Positions 49,042-60,810 of a stretch of 64,000 nt of DNA are shown piece by piece (the first letter of the stretch is position 1; every line of letters begins with the position of its first letter). The DNA comes from Callorhinchus milii. Lineage: Eukaryota. The notes below the pieces were generated by a model. That model was not told where the DNA came from. It worked only from the letters and a program-made list of their open reading frames with translations, and did no database searches. Where the stretch lies: assembly GCF_018977255.1 (NCBI RefSeq), contig NW_024704742.1, positions 33,234,001-33,298,000 of the forward strand, in the 5' to 3' direction. The translations under genes and the position numbers were made by a program.

Positions 49042-51159
49042 CTAAAGATAAGTATCATGAAGCAGGTTAGAGAAATGCACAGAGCCTAAGAATACTGATT
49101 CATTCAAAATGTTCTTGGAAATAAGTTAATCGTGATCTGGTGTTGGTTGATTTTGTTCAGTCCTTGAATATCCACACAAGATGCTGTTTGATGGTCCTCA
49201 TATGTTTATGCAGTCAATCATTGAGAACTAGATCAACAGCTATGTTCAACACATTGCTATCAGGTACAAGATATTTTTAAAGATAAAAATGTCAAATGCG
49301 TGTGATTAATCACTCTAATAGTTAATACAAAATCTGGCAGAGAAGGAAATAAACACTGAATGCAGAAAATAACTACTGAAAAATAAGGCTGATATAAACA
49401 TTGTCTATACTACTTTTTCCCCAAATGTGAGCTGTAAAATAAGGGGATTTATGGACTGTTATTTCCAGTGCGAATTTTACACAGTTTACTGAGACTATCC
49501 TTGAGCTTGATTACATTGTTTGTTTGGTCAATCAGGTGTCTAACAGATGTAGAAAGAGTATCAAAACCACAGAGTTGCACATATTTTTACCATCTGTGGA
49601 GGGAAATTTCCCTGTGTCTGGAATGGAAAGCATACTCCCTCCCTGGAGGAATGCATCCTACTTTCCTAGTGCAGGAGAGTATTAGGTGCAGATGGGCAAG
49701 AGCCAAGATTTAGAAACCCCAGACTGTGCATTGAGAGTCCTACAAGAGTTCAACCAGCCCAAACCACACATTTTACTGTTGTCAATACTGTCTGGCAAGC
49801 TTCCAAATACTTATTAAACTAGAGCCACCCTATCCACAAGGACTTCCGTTTGTAGGACTAACAGGAGCCAAGTGAGAAGAATCCCCATCTCCAGTGACTG
49901 GTTTGTACCTCCAAATCCTGCTGATAAGCTAGGATGATCTGTCATCAAAAGGGTCCTGGAGTACTGCAGACTTGTCTAGGAACCAGATTACCAAAACAAC
50001 CACAGAGGATTGACTCAATTCTGATATTTAGTTGCCAAGCACGTCACCTTGGAGCCAGCTCAGCCCCCAGGGTCCATCGGTTCCCTCCTCCATCTACCCC
50101 AAGAGAGGACAGTCACTAATTAGTCACTTGCCATCCATTCTTTGACAAAAGTGATTAAAAAATGTTGGCTTCTTGCTGGTTGAGACGGCAGCAGATAGGA
50201 GATGACTGTGAGCTGCAATATTCTGGAAACTACAACCAAAGCCCACGGTGCTCAATATGCTGTATTTGCCATTGCTCCTTTGAAAGAGCTGCAAAATCCG
50301 TATGCTTCTCCGGACATAGCAACTACCTCCAAAATGTCTGTTTGTTGGCAGCCTTGTAATTTGTAGCAGTCGCCATAATCTTTATAAAACTACTGTTACA
50401 TCTCTGAACACTGACAGAATACCTAACAAGATCACAGTCCTTCATTTCTTGCGAACATCATGAATTAAGAAGTAAAAGTTATAGAAAATATCAGAAAAGC
50501 ACAGCAGACCCATCAACATCTGAAAGAGAAACCTCGGTTAATGTTTCAGGTGGAATAAGGGGTGAAAATTCTATGTCCCTTAACAGATATGATGAAATAT
50601 CAACCTGTTACAAACATTGTAATGTTCTCCCTCTAGTTTCTAAATGTATTCAGAAATCTACATTTATTCTTTGCCCAAACAACAAGTGTGCTATATTCTG
50701 ACTGGATTACTCAGAGTTTCATATCCAGTTCACGAAGCAATAAAACGTATGTTTCAGTTCCAGTTTAAAACAATGCTTTATATAGGGTTTTATATATTTG
50801 GTTATGTAGTTGGTGCTAGTTTAGAATTATGGTCAGCACAGTTTACACAACAATCTGTTTGGGGATTCAAAAGTGAATTAAGCGTGCTTTGAAACTATCA
50901 CAGAAAATGCTTAAATTAGCAACTTGACAATAAATTACAACCAGTTTAATTAACAATGTTTTTTTTGTCTTATTTTAGGTTGAACAATATAAAACTCAAA
51001 TAATTTGTAAATCCTATGATGAAGGAAGCATGTCTTGCTGATACAGAACAGGATAACATAGCCTCGAACTCTCCTCCTCACATCTCCTTCCCCCCATTTC
51101 CATGCCTCACCAGGCTCCACTCACAAGCTTATACATAGATTTTCTTATTTGTTGCTTAC

Positions 51160-51263
51160 CCTGAATGGATTGGGCTGGAGGAAAGAGCCACATTGTCCAA
51201 GTTCTCCTGTTCCCAATTTAAGCGGTAGGTGGAATCCTTATCTGGGCCTTTGGCCAGAAGTAC
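51160..51263 (-). CDS. ANK2: ANK2 exon ([35 protein letters not shown])
   Basis: gcag|GTA...GG|gtaagc; 104 nt, phase 0 to 2; [16 protein letters not shown] is an ANK2 motif. Confidence 0.93.
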
Positions 51264-51639
51264 CTGCATGCACAAATGGACAATTTCTTTGAGGCAACAA
51301 GTTGTCTCTGTAAATACTAATGGCTATTTAAAAAGTTAAATCATATTTAAAAATAGTAATGATTCACTTGAATAGATGTAATAGCATTTAATTCTACATT
51401 TGTAAAAGAAATCAATTTCAGTTTAACATTACTCCACACAATAACTAGACAATTCCCATCCTCCAACACATTTACACTTTTAATCAAAGAAAAATGTTCA
51501 GCAACTGACTTTGCTTTTTATAACCCACGTAAACAGATAATTTTGTAAAACTGTCTTCATAATTACAATGAACTATAACAAGAAGTACATTAAGATGCCT
51601 ATGCAAGAGAATATTTCTCAATGAACTGAAAAGGAATAA

Positions 51640-52008
51640 AGTCTTACACTTGTGTTCAAATCCCTTCACTCTCTGGCACCTCCCCACCTCTCCAACTTCC
51701 TCACTCCCCAATCCACCACCTGACGCCTCCACTCGGCTGGTACGGGCCTCCTGCTCGTTCCTCGTGCCCTGCGCTCTATCATTGGAGGTCGCGCATTCAG
51801 ACATTACGTCCCGAAACTGTGGAATGCTCTCCCTCAATCCCTCCGCCTTGCCCCCTCTCTCCCCTCTTGCAAGTCCTGCCTGAAAATCTTCCTTTTCGAC
51901 CGTGCTTATGGACACCTCCCCCCTGGCTCGGAGTCAGGCTGCGCCACTGTTAAGCTCTCTGAGACGCTACCCTGGTGGAGAGTGCTATACAAGTGTAAGT
52001 TGTTGTTT
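51640..52008 (+). mobile_element. L2-clade LINE 3' end
   Basis: Close similarity to the reverse complement of 12328-12712, ending gtgctatacaagtgtaagttgttgtt. Confidence 0.8.
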
Positions 52009-52139
52009 TTACAAGATGCAGACCAAACACAACAACATAAATAGTCACTAAAACGTCACAGAGAAGCATTCCCCAGAAATTTATAACCATTAGCACATCA
52101 CAATGATATTCTGAATCTTGGAAACACAATGTTTCATAC

Positions 52140-52242
52140 CTGGCTGTTAGTAGCAGCGACGAACTCCTCGATCATGGCACTGTCCCTCTGGTATGGGCCA
52201 TGGCTTGGTGTGTTGGACCTGTCTGAACTGAAGGATCGCAGG
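52140..52242 (-). CDS. ANK2: ANK2 exon (LRSFSSDRSNTPSHGPYQRDSAMIEEFVAATNSQ)
   Basis: cattag|C...CAG|gtatga; 103 nt, phase 2 to 0; a possible in-frame alternative acceptor lies 15 nt inside (exon start 52227). Confidence 0.92.
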
Positions 52243-54129
52243 CTAATGGATGGGTGGGCAGGTTGCCATGAAAATGGAGCAGCACGATGATGATGGGATG
52301 GGCAGGGGAATGAAGAAAGCATGCGGTTAGCATATTATGCAACTTCCAGGGGGCTGGGAATTAGCATAAAGAAAAGTGAATTCACTGACAGTGCTCATCA
52401 GATTCAGCACTAAATAGACAGAATATTCAACCATCATTAACCACTGGATGAACCAAATTGGGGTGGAGGTAGTTTTGGTTATGGATGGAAACCAATCAAT
52501 AGTTGAACCAATTCAGCAAGCGATTATTCGGACACATGATACATAAAAGAAACTGGGGTGAAATTTGTGGCATTTTAATAGCATAATCTTTGTGAAGATT
52601 ATCACAAGGAATGCCTTGTGAAATGGCGCAAATTTCACCCAGTGTAGAAATGACAAGATGTTTCGCTCAAACCTATGTTGCTTCTCTCTCGAGACTAAAA
52701 TGATTCTGAAAATAGGAACTGAAGTGGCTTTTAGAGCCACTCTATTTTCTCTGCTGGGTGAGTGACCCAATACATAAACAAATCTCTGTGCAGCAAAGAG
52801 CACCAGGTATCTCATGCAATTAAAATAATTAAATAACATTGCATTAATTCAAACTATCACCAATCTAAGAGGATAAACCATAACACAAAAAATCTTAACA
52901 GAGAAATTTAATTAGATAATGTTCACCTCAATACTTAAAGTCATCTCTTTTCAGGGGCTTCATTTTAATTCTGTATGGACTGATTAGGCACCTAGACACT
53001 GAGCACGCACTCTTGTGCAAACCCCTGGAAGATATACTGAGCCAAGCTACAGTCAAGTCAACCATATGCTTTTTAAAGCAATGTGACTGTGCTGTGTCCC
53101 AAGCGGTTACAGAGTTTTATGGCTCCAGGTCTATAATTTCTAGTTTCCTTCAACCCTGTAAGTTCACATAGTGAACTCGAGTTAATTGAGTAACATAAAA
53201 AATAATATAATGGAATCCTATGGAGGTTTTTAACCCAATCACTGGCAACAAGTGTACATCATTTGACCTTCAATGATAATAATAATAATAATAATGAATG
53301 TTATTTCTATGTAAAATACAAATATCTAAATAAAATCCATGCAGGGAAGAGCATAAATCAAAATCTTTGTCCTCAGCGGCCATGTATTTGTGAGAATGTT
53401 TTTGGGGGAGGGCGGAGGGGAGTTGTTTTCGTGACTTAATTTACCCAATTTAATCCAATGTGTGTTCAGCAAGTCTCAGTTGAAAGTATAGTTTCAGAAT
53501 CTATTTCACATTTTGTGAGAATAATTACACCACAAAATGATTAACGGTATTCAAAAACATACTGATACAACGACTTGCAAAGTGTCTCAAAGTGTTTCAG
53601 ATAAATGGTTTTGGAGACCAAGCGGAGAGATAACTGTGGGCAAAATCAAAAAGGTAGCGTTTCAGGAGGCTTTTAAAGACCGTTAGGCAGGGGTTGAGGC
53701 TAGAGAGGGAGATCCACAAGGTCGAGGCATAATGAATGAAAGCTCGGTCACTAATGGTGGGGCAAAGGGGTCAAAGTGAACAATGATAATTCTGCAGGTG
53801 CGATTGCCCACCGTGTGGGGAGGTTACAAATCCCAAGGGCACTGTTGCAATGAGACTGGAAACGTCACATAGATAAGAAAAACAATCAATAGCAAGTGGT
53901 TGTAAAGTCAACCTCTTTTTTTTCTTCTTAGTGCAATTTTTTGAGCGGGTTTGGGATTTAAGCTGAGTTTCACTGAGCTGGTTTTGTGTTATTTTCGCCC
54001 CGCGTGACTCAGCTAGAAATGTGCTCTTAAACAGTTAAGTGTTGGTGAGTGTGAAGGCAGCGAGTGCAGCGATGGAGATGGGAGAGAAGGCAGAGAGCTG
54101 CAGCCGCTCACTCGGAGCTCTAGCGTTAC

Positions 54130-54203
54130 CTTAATGTGGCAGCCAAGTAAACCAGCTCCACGCAATCTATATGAATGGAGTCAGTGCGGAATCTTTGTAA
54201 CAT
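54130..54203 (-). CDS. ANK2: Candidate alternative internal first coding exon (MLQRFRTDSIHIDCVELVYLAATL-S)
   Basis: gccATG start, 24 sense codons plus AG|gtaacg donor in phase 2, matching the acceptor at 52242. Confidence 0.6.
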
Positions 54204-54942
54204 GGCAATGATTATTAATGACATAAAAATCAAGATTTAGTCATCTCCACAGTTAAAACCTTCACATTAAATAAGAATGCAGTCACGCCTGCAAAATAAA
54301 AGAAATCACTGCACCATGCTTTGTCAAATCCTTAACAGCCAAACGGTGCATCAAAGAGAGAGAGAGATAGCACTAACTCTCAGCATGAACGGTAAATAGG
54401 TGTTGACAGTAAATGCCAAACAGCAAAATCAAAAATCAAACAATTTATATATTTTCCACATGAAATACCTGAACGTTGAAATATTTTGTCTCTTGAAGCC
54501 AGAACGTGTCTCTTAAAAATATAAATCCAGCAATCGAATGGTGGTGGGGGGTTGGGGGGAGGAGGAGGAAACAATTGTAAAATAATAATTGAGCTTCCAC
54601 AGCTCCCTTTGGTCAATCAATGGTAGAATCCAGCTGAATAATCCAAGCTGCCGAATATCAGACCAGCAGTCACAAGCAGAAGGCAATAGTGATAGCTCTA
54701 ACAGCATTATCAGTCTCACGTCGACCCAGCCCAGCCCAATGTGTGCAGCTTAGCAGTGAACACAAGAAGACACCGCGGAAAGTGATGCAGCCATGAAAAT
54801 TGCTCTAGAGCACAGGGTGAGCATCCTCATCCCACATCCATTGTTCCTCCCACACCCAAGCAGCATTATCTCAGCTAAAGAGTGGGTTGCAGATAGAGAC
54901 ATCATTGCACTGTGACATTTCTCTGTGTCGGAGACCACCTAC

Positions 54943-54954
54943 CTGTGAACGGCA
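54943..54954 (-). CDS. ANK2: Candidate 12-nt microexon (S-AVH-S)
   Basis: tgctttcatacag|TGCCGTTCACAG|gtaggt; phase 2-2, frame-preserving, UGC just upstream of the acceptor. Confidence 0.75.
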
Positions 54955-55654
54955 CTGTATGAAAGCATATGAAAAGGAGAGGGAAAACAGCAACAATGAA
55001 GGGAAAATGGTTGAACAATGGTAAAACTATTCTCAGTTTCTCTCTCGCACACATACACATATGCACAAGTATAGAATGACAAGGTTAAGATACATATGAA
55101 AAACAAGACCTTAGACACCATGGTGATTTGTTCACTAAAGCTGACCGACACACCTTATCTCACAACAATGTTCCATTTACCTTGATAATTGGAAAGGATG
55201 GATTTGTTTTTGATTAAACACATAACATCTCACAGTACACATCGAGAAATTGTATCCTTCCTTATGGGGAAATGGGTTCCTCCATGAAATTGTGAACTGT
55301 ATTCCTCTCTACAAAAGAGTGTTGCAGGAGTTCATTATTGTGAGCACAATCCCCCATGTGCTACCCATCCTATGGAGGTGTGCTGGAGTCAACGTACCAT
55401 GTAGTGCTGTAGGGAACCATGACAGGCAGTAGGATTATAGGGCACACCACGTTTTTATTAAATTGGTGCTCAATCTGTGTTCTGCAACTAAAATGTATTG
55501 TGCAAATGCATGGGTGTGGCCTTGTCACACATTTATAGCTCATCAGTTTTACCCAGTTATTTGTAGAACAAAAGTAAAATGCCAGGTGATGGCAAGGAGC
55601 CCTTTTATATGGGCTGGAACAGAATCATCGGGACACCATACCTGTGCTAAATAC

Positions 55655-56060
55655 ACAAGAGAGGGGGACAACAAGAGAGGGGGACAACAAGAGAGATTGA
55701 GAAAAACAAGAGAGAAATAAAGAGAGGAGGGGAAAATGAGAGAGAAATTAAACAGATAAATAGAAATGAGAGAGAGATAGGGAAATGAGAGACAGGGAAA
55801 TGAGAGAGAGGAAAATTAGAGGGAAATGAGAGGGAGAGATAAGAGAAATTAAGATATAGGGTGAGAGATACAAGAGTGTATGTGATAAAGAGAGAATGTG
55901 GGAAAACATTAAAAAAGAGAGAAACAGGGTGAGTAAAAAGAGAGTGTAAATGTAAAAAATCAGAGAGCCAGAGAGTGGGTGGGAAAAAACAAGAGAGAGT
56001 GTGTGGGTGGGGAAAATGAGAGCAGGTGGAAAAATGAGAGAGTGGGTGAAAAAATGAAAC
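55655..56060. repeat. GA-rich low-complexity tract (CU-rich on the ANK2 sense strand)
   Basis: Degenerate gggaaatgagagag-like units. Confidence 0.8.
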
Positions 56061-57311
56061 TTCTGTGGTCATGAGAGGCAGTGTGTGACATGGGATTTCA
56101 GGGAATTCACAATCATTAAGCAAGACTGGGGGGGGGGAGCGAAGGCTATAGCTGATAAGTTGCCATTTGTTAGTAAAATTGAAGAACAGTTCTCATCTGG
56201 GCTCTACTGCAAAGATTAAGAATGGACAGATCAAAGATGGGACAAGAGCAGTCTGGTTGCCAGCGAAGTGTATTTCTCTCTACAAAATGGTGGAGTAGGA
56301 GCTCATTATGTTGTCAATATGATTTTGTTTTGTTGCAAACTTGCCAGTTATTCAGTAGCAGACTGGCGACAGACGGGAACCTTTTACTTCAGAAACGCCT
56401 GTACTCTTTGTCCTGCTAAACTAACAACAGCTGTTCAAAGTGTGAAGCTGAGCAGCACCCTTCAGCAAAGGTACTGGGGTTTCTAGATTGCTGCAAACAC
56501 AGATGCTGTCGACAGGAAAAATCCCCAGGAGCTTTCTCTGGTTAACCCACTGGCAATGCTTTGTATAATGCTGTGCAATTATCATGTGAGGATTACACTG
56601 AGGTTTTGAATAGGAAGCAGCTAAACAGAATTCGTAGCTTTCTGCAGCTTTAGATGTTGCTTTTTAGAATATAACTTCATGTTATGTTATATCTCAGTAG
56701 CAATACAGAAATATGTTTACATTACTACCGTGTTTTGCGGTCACATGAGCAATATCTTCTTGAACTGTATATCTAAAGATCAGAACAATCTCAAGACATA
56801 ACCGTTTTCACTCCACTCTAACCTCCATCTATTGTGTAGCCTAGAATTATTTTACCCTAAGTAAATAATTGACCGAAACACTGACTATCTTGTCTCGACT
56901 TGGGATGTCCTCCCGACATGAAAGGCGCTATACAAATGTAATTTTGTTGTTGTTGTAAGTATATGAAACATGAAGTAAGCATTTTCAGGTAAATTCTTTT
57001 CAGCCTTTGGATCCACTGAAGTGATATTTAGGGTAACATACAGCAGGATTAATCTGTGTTGAATCTCTTATACTTATTGAATTGCTAGTCCTATCTTGAT
57101 TCAGTTAAGAGGTTTACTTGTGTACTGGATAACTGGTTGCATTAGTCACCCATGGGATGAGCGGGATGGGAAGAAAATGAGATAGGGAGAAAGGGAACTT
57201 GAATATTTTAATAGATATTGTAGAAAATGTCAAGTATTTTATGTATTATTCATGTTTAAGTTTGAAAACGTAGTGAGGGATAAGAATTAAGGTAGCAATG
57301 GCATAATATAT

Positions 57312-57555
57312 AATAAGAATCCTTGCATTTGATATAGCGCTTTTCACGTCTTCTAGATGTCTCAAAGCGCTTCACAGAATATACTGTATAGTGAATTGAC
57401 TGTATATTTGTGGACGTAACGTGACAACCAATTGCGCACAGCAGTGTCCCACAAACAATCGTGGATTGAAGTGGCCAGTTTATTATTCTTTTTTTCTTGA
57501 GAGATTATTATCAGGCATGTGGAGTAAGAAACTTGCCCAATATATCCCAGTCTCA
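57312..57555 (-). mobile_element. SINE (local tRNA-derived family), 5' truncated
   Basis: Reverse complement matches 63140-63370. Confidence 0.75.
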
Positions 57556-57599
57556 TGAGTAGACTCTGATCTGCACCAGAAATCCCTTTTTAAGAATAC

Positions 57600-58030
57600 T
57601 GTGGCTCCCAGCAGCTCACATTTATGCCATCTGAAGATTGCGAGTTCAAGCCCCAATTTGAGACTTTGAACTCACATAGTCTAGGCTGACACTCCAATGC
57701 AGTGAAGGGGATGTGCTGCATGGTTGGAGGTTCTATCCTTCAGGTGTAACATTAAATCGAGGTTCCTTTTGCCTGTTGACGTGGGTGTTAAAAGATCCCA
57801 TTGAACGATTCAAGAAGAGAAGGGTGTTTCTCTCAATCTCTAAGCCAAAAATCCTCCATATAAAATTGGTCATTAACTTCATGGCTGTTTGTGGGACGTT
57901 GCTGTGCTACAAATTGTTGCTTCATTTGCCTCCAAAATATCTTCACTCCACTTTGCAGTAAAACCTGTAAAGCACTTTAAGATGTCGTCCCAATGCAAAA
58001 GGCACAATATCAAGTGTATTTATTATTGTT
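57600..58030 (+). mobile_element. Deu-domain SINE, uninterrupted diverged copy
   Basis: Colinear with 1100-1651 without the insert (gaactcacatagtctaggctgacactccaatgcagt...aagatcccat). Confidence 0.7.
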
Positions 58031-59753
58031 ATATTTTGGCTGATTCACAGTGGAATTGCAGTGGAAAAAGTTCTTGATTCTCAAAGTGTGGCCCACTATT
58101 GCTGACAAAATGCCACTCTCACAGGCCGTTCTCTGACGAACAGCAAACTTTTGGGTTTCATTTGCATACTTTCAAATCAGCCTGGAAACTCAAACTGTCG
58201 AAATATCTCAAAAGGATTGATCAATTATACTGTAAAAAGGATTGACTGTGGGCGAACGAGGCAGCCAGTTGTGCACATCAATAACCCACAATTTTCTGAC
58301 TCAGGCAAGAGTGCTTACCACTGAGCCGGGCTAACACTCTTTTCTGTGAGATTCGCAAAATGACAGTTTTAACAGAAAAATACGCTGTTCAGAAACTGCC
58401 AAAGGTTTTCTTCTCCAGGTATTTTGTAACAATGTGGTAGCTTTCAGAAATTACATATTACTGCAAATTTGAAAGCAAAAGAGAAGTCACAATTAGCACT
58501 TTGCACCTATCTTGCAAAGACTGAAAAATATTGTCTTTGTTGCTGCTAACCTAATAGCATCATTAGACCTCCATTTATGAATAGCACTCTTAATATATTA
58601 CTGCAAACAGTCAAGCACACATGAGCAGATGTTATGAAGTTTGGCTCCTTTTAGAGTAGAGGTATCAGACTAAAATAATACTGTAAATGGGTCATAAGTG
58701 TGAGAGCGCTCAAATGATCACAAGCTTATTTAAGTGGAAACAGTGAGTACAAAAGTGAATAGTTTACCACATATTTGTATAAATAAACTACCATGACTAT
58801 TAGAGAATGTGACGCGTGATCTAGTGTAAAGCTAGACAGTGTACTTGGTGTTATACCGAGCTGATTGATAAACAGTAATTAGATGTGGACATACTTCATC
58901 AGTAAGTGTAAAAAATTTGAACACAAACATTTCTCCCTTTGTACAATTTTCTGATTAAAGATTGCTTTGGTTGACCCTACTAATCGTTACTCTGCTACTG
59001 TTTATTGGCTGTTAAAACATTGGCTGGTTGACAGCTAATGCCAGTTAATTTATTGTGGGGAAAAAGTCCGACATCCAAAACGTGTGGTGGAAGCAGGAAG
59101 ATAGAAGAAAAGGAAATGATGAGTTTATTAAACGTAGAGTAGCTGTAAAATATTGAGGATAAAGTTAAATTAAAAAAACAGAGAAAGTATGGACAAGAGG
59201 ACAACACAGAATGGAAAAGGGCAACCGGACAAACAACGGTAAAGGTTTCAGAAAGTTTTCAATTTCAAATTATTTCCTCAATTGATATCAGTAGAACAGG
59301 GTTAATGTTGCATTGCTAATGCTGTTGGTAAGTTTATTACATTAATATTCTTGTATGTTGGGGGGGGCGTATGGGGATAGAACATAACAGGACATGAGCT
59401 GAAAAACATACAGAATTAGTTGCCCATAGGGACAGGTATCTCCCCAGCTGTCAGTTGTCAAATGGTTAATTGGAATTACAGGTTCAATGATTCAAAACAC
59501 AGAACAGGAAGTGGCAGTGGACCACTGAATCCTTTCGGATAGCACAAAAACCAAAATCACCAGTTGACATGAGAACATTTAGCGATGGCCCAGTTGCTGC
59601 TGGATTACATATTCTTATGAAATTGTTTTCCTCTGGAAGTGAACTTGCACAGTGGATATTGCACCTGTATTCGGTCAGTGTTTTAAACATCCATGATCTA
59701 ACATTGCATTCGGATCAAGCCCCACCCACCCCAATAAAAAAAAGCAAGACTAC

Positions 59754-59898
59754 CTGTCTGAGCGCTCTCCTAAACGCCCTAATCCTCTGTACATCATATT
59801 GTCCAGATAACGACTGCTGGGTAAAGAGTCATCTCCAAGCTCTTTCAGGTCCTCTGCTCTAAGATACTCTCCTCCATCTCCAGTCATTGTATCATCTC
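59754..59898 (-). CDS. ANK2: ANK2 exon, linker after the ANK repeats ((G)[47 protein letters not shown])
   Basis: cccaag|GA...AG|gtagtc; 145 nt, phase 1 to 2. Confidence 0.93.
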
Positions 59899-60439
59899 CT
59901 TGGGAGCAAGAAAGAGTTTGATCAGTCAGGAGACGTACGTCGGTTGCTATGCAATCCCAGAGTAAAACCACGCAGCTGGAAACTAGCCACTCATGGCAAT
60001 GCGGTAATGAAGCAGGAAGTGCTCATCACTAAAGGCTTAAGAAAATGTATAAACAGAACCTACTGGCTGCAATACATCACAACAATTAAACACACAGCAA
60101 CTGAGGTAAGTTGGATTCTCTCCATTACACAGAATTGGGAGGACAGGTGACTAAAATACAAGGTATGAATCAGAGTGACACTGTACACATCCTGACAAGA
60201 TGTGGAGCAAAAAAGGAAATCTACTTGACCACAAACAATCAAACGTCAAAATGGTCTCAATGTAGCTGTAGCATTCTAGCAATTGTAACATTTTAGTCAG
60301 ATTTTTATACATTGAGAAGACTCATAATGTCCAACTTTATTAGAATAGTCTAATTCAAATCGGTGATCAGATCCACAGGATAGTGCAGTCATGGAATGCT
60401 TCTTACATAGAAAAACACCTTTAAAACACACAATTCTGC

Positions 60440-60810
60440 ACGTTTCGCCCCGCCCAGGAATCAAACCCAGATCCTTTCGCAAGTGAGAGGACTTGGGTTT
60501 GAGTTCCGGGCAGGGTTGAAACGTTGGACAAGTTTCCTTACTCCACATGTTCACCTAGCAGTAAGGAGGATCCCAGTTGTTAGTCGATTGGTGGATCACT
60601 TTTCTGGGAGTAATAATCCCTTTAAAACAATTTTTTAAAAACAATAGTTTGGTCACTCAATCCACGACTGTTTGTAGGACACTGCTGTGTGCGATTGGCT
60701 GCCACGTTTCACCCACAAAATATACAGTTAATTCACTATACAGCATATTCTGTGAAGCGCTTTGAGACGTCTCAAAATCATGATAAGGCGCTATATCAAA
60801 TGCAAGGAAA
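60440..60810 (+). mobile_element. SINE with an inverted (fold-back) 5' end
   Basis: From 60479 it follows the 63065-type SINE; 60440-60480 is an inverted copy of 60483-60524. Confidence 0.7.

Larger units (their letters stand above)
567..59898 (-). other. ANK2: Ankyrin-2 (ankyrin-B) gene, partial: linker, ZU5-ZU5-UPA, giant exon, death domain, C-terminal domain; both ends extend beyond the window
   Basis: 25 exons with GT-AG boundaries splice into one open frame. Peptides such as [53 protein letters not shown] and [24 protein letters not shown] match ANK2 rather than ANK1/ANK3. Confidence 0.96.

Noticed and set aside
55647..56123. 158-aa hydrophobic ORF
   Set aside because: It is the translation of a low-complexity CT/GA tract.
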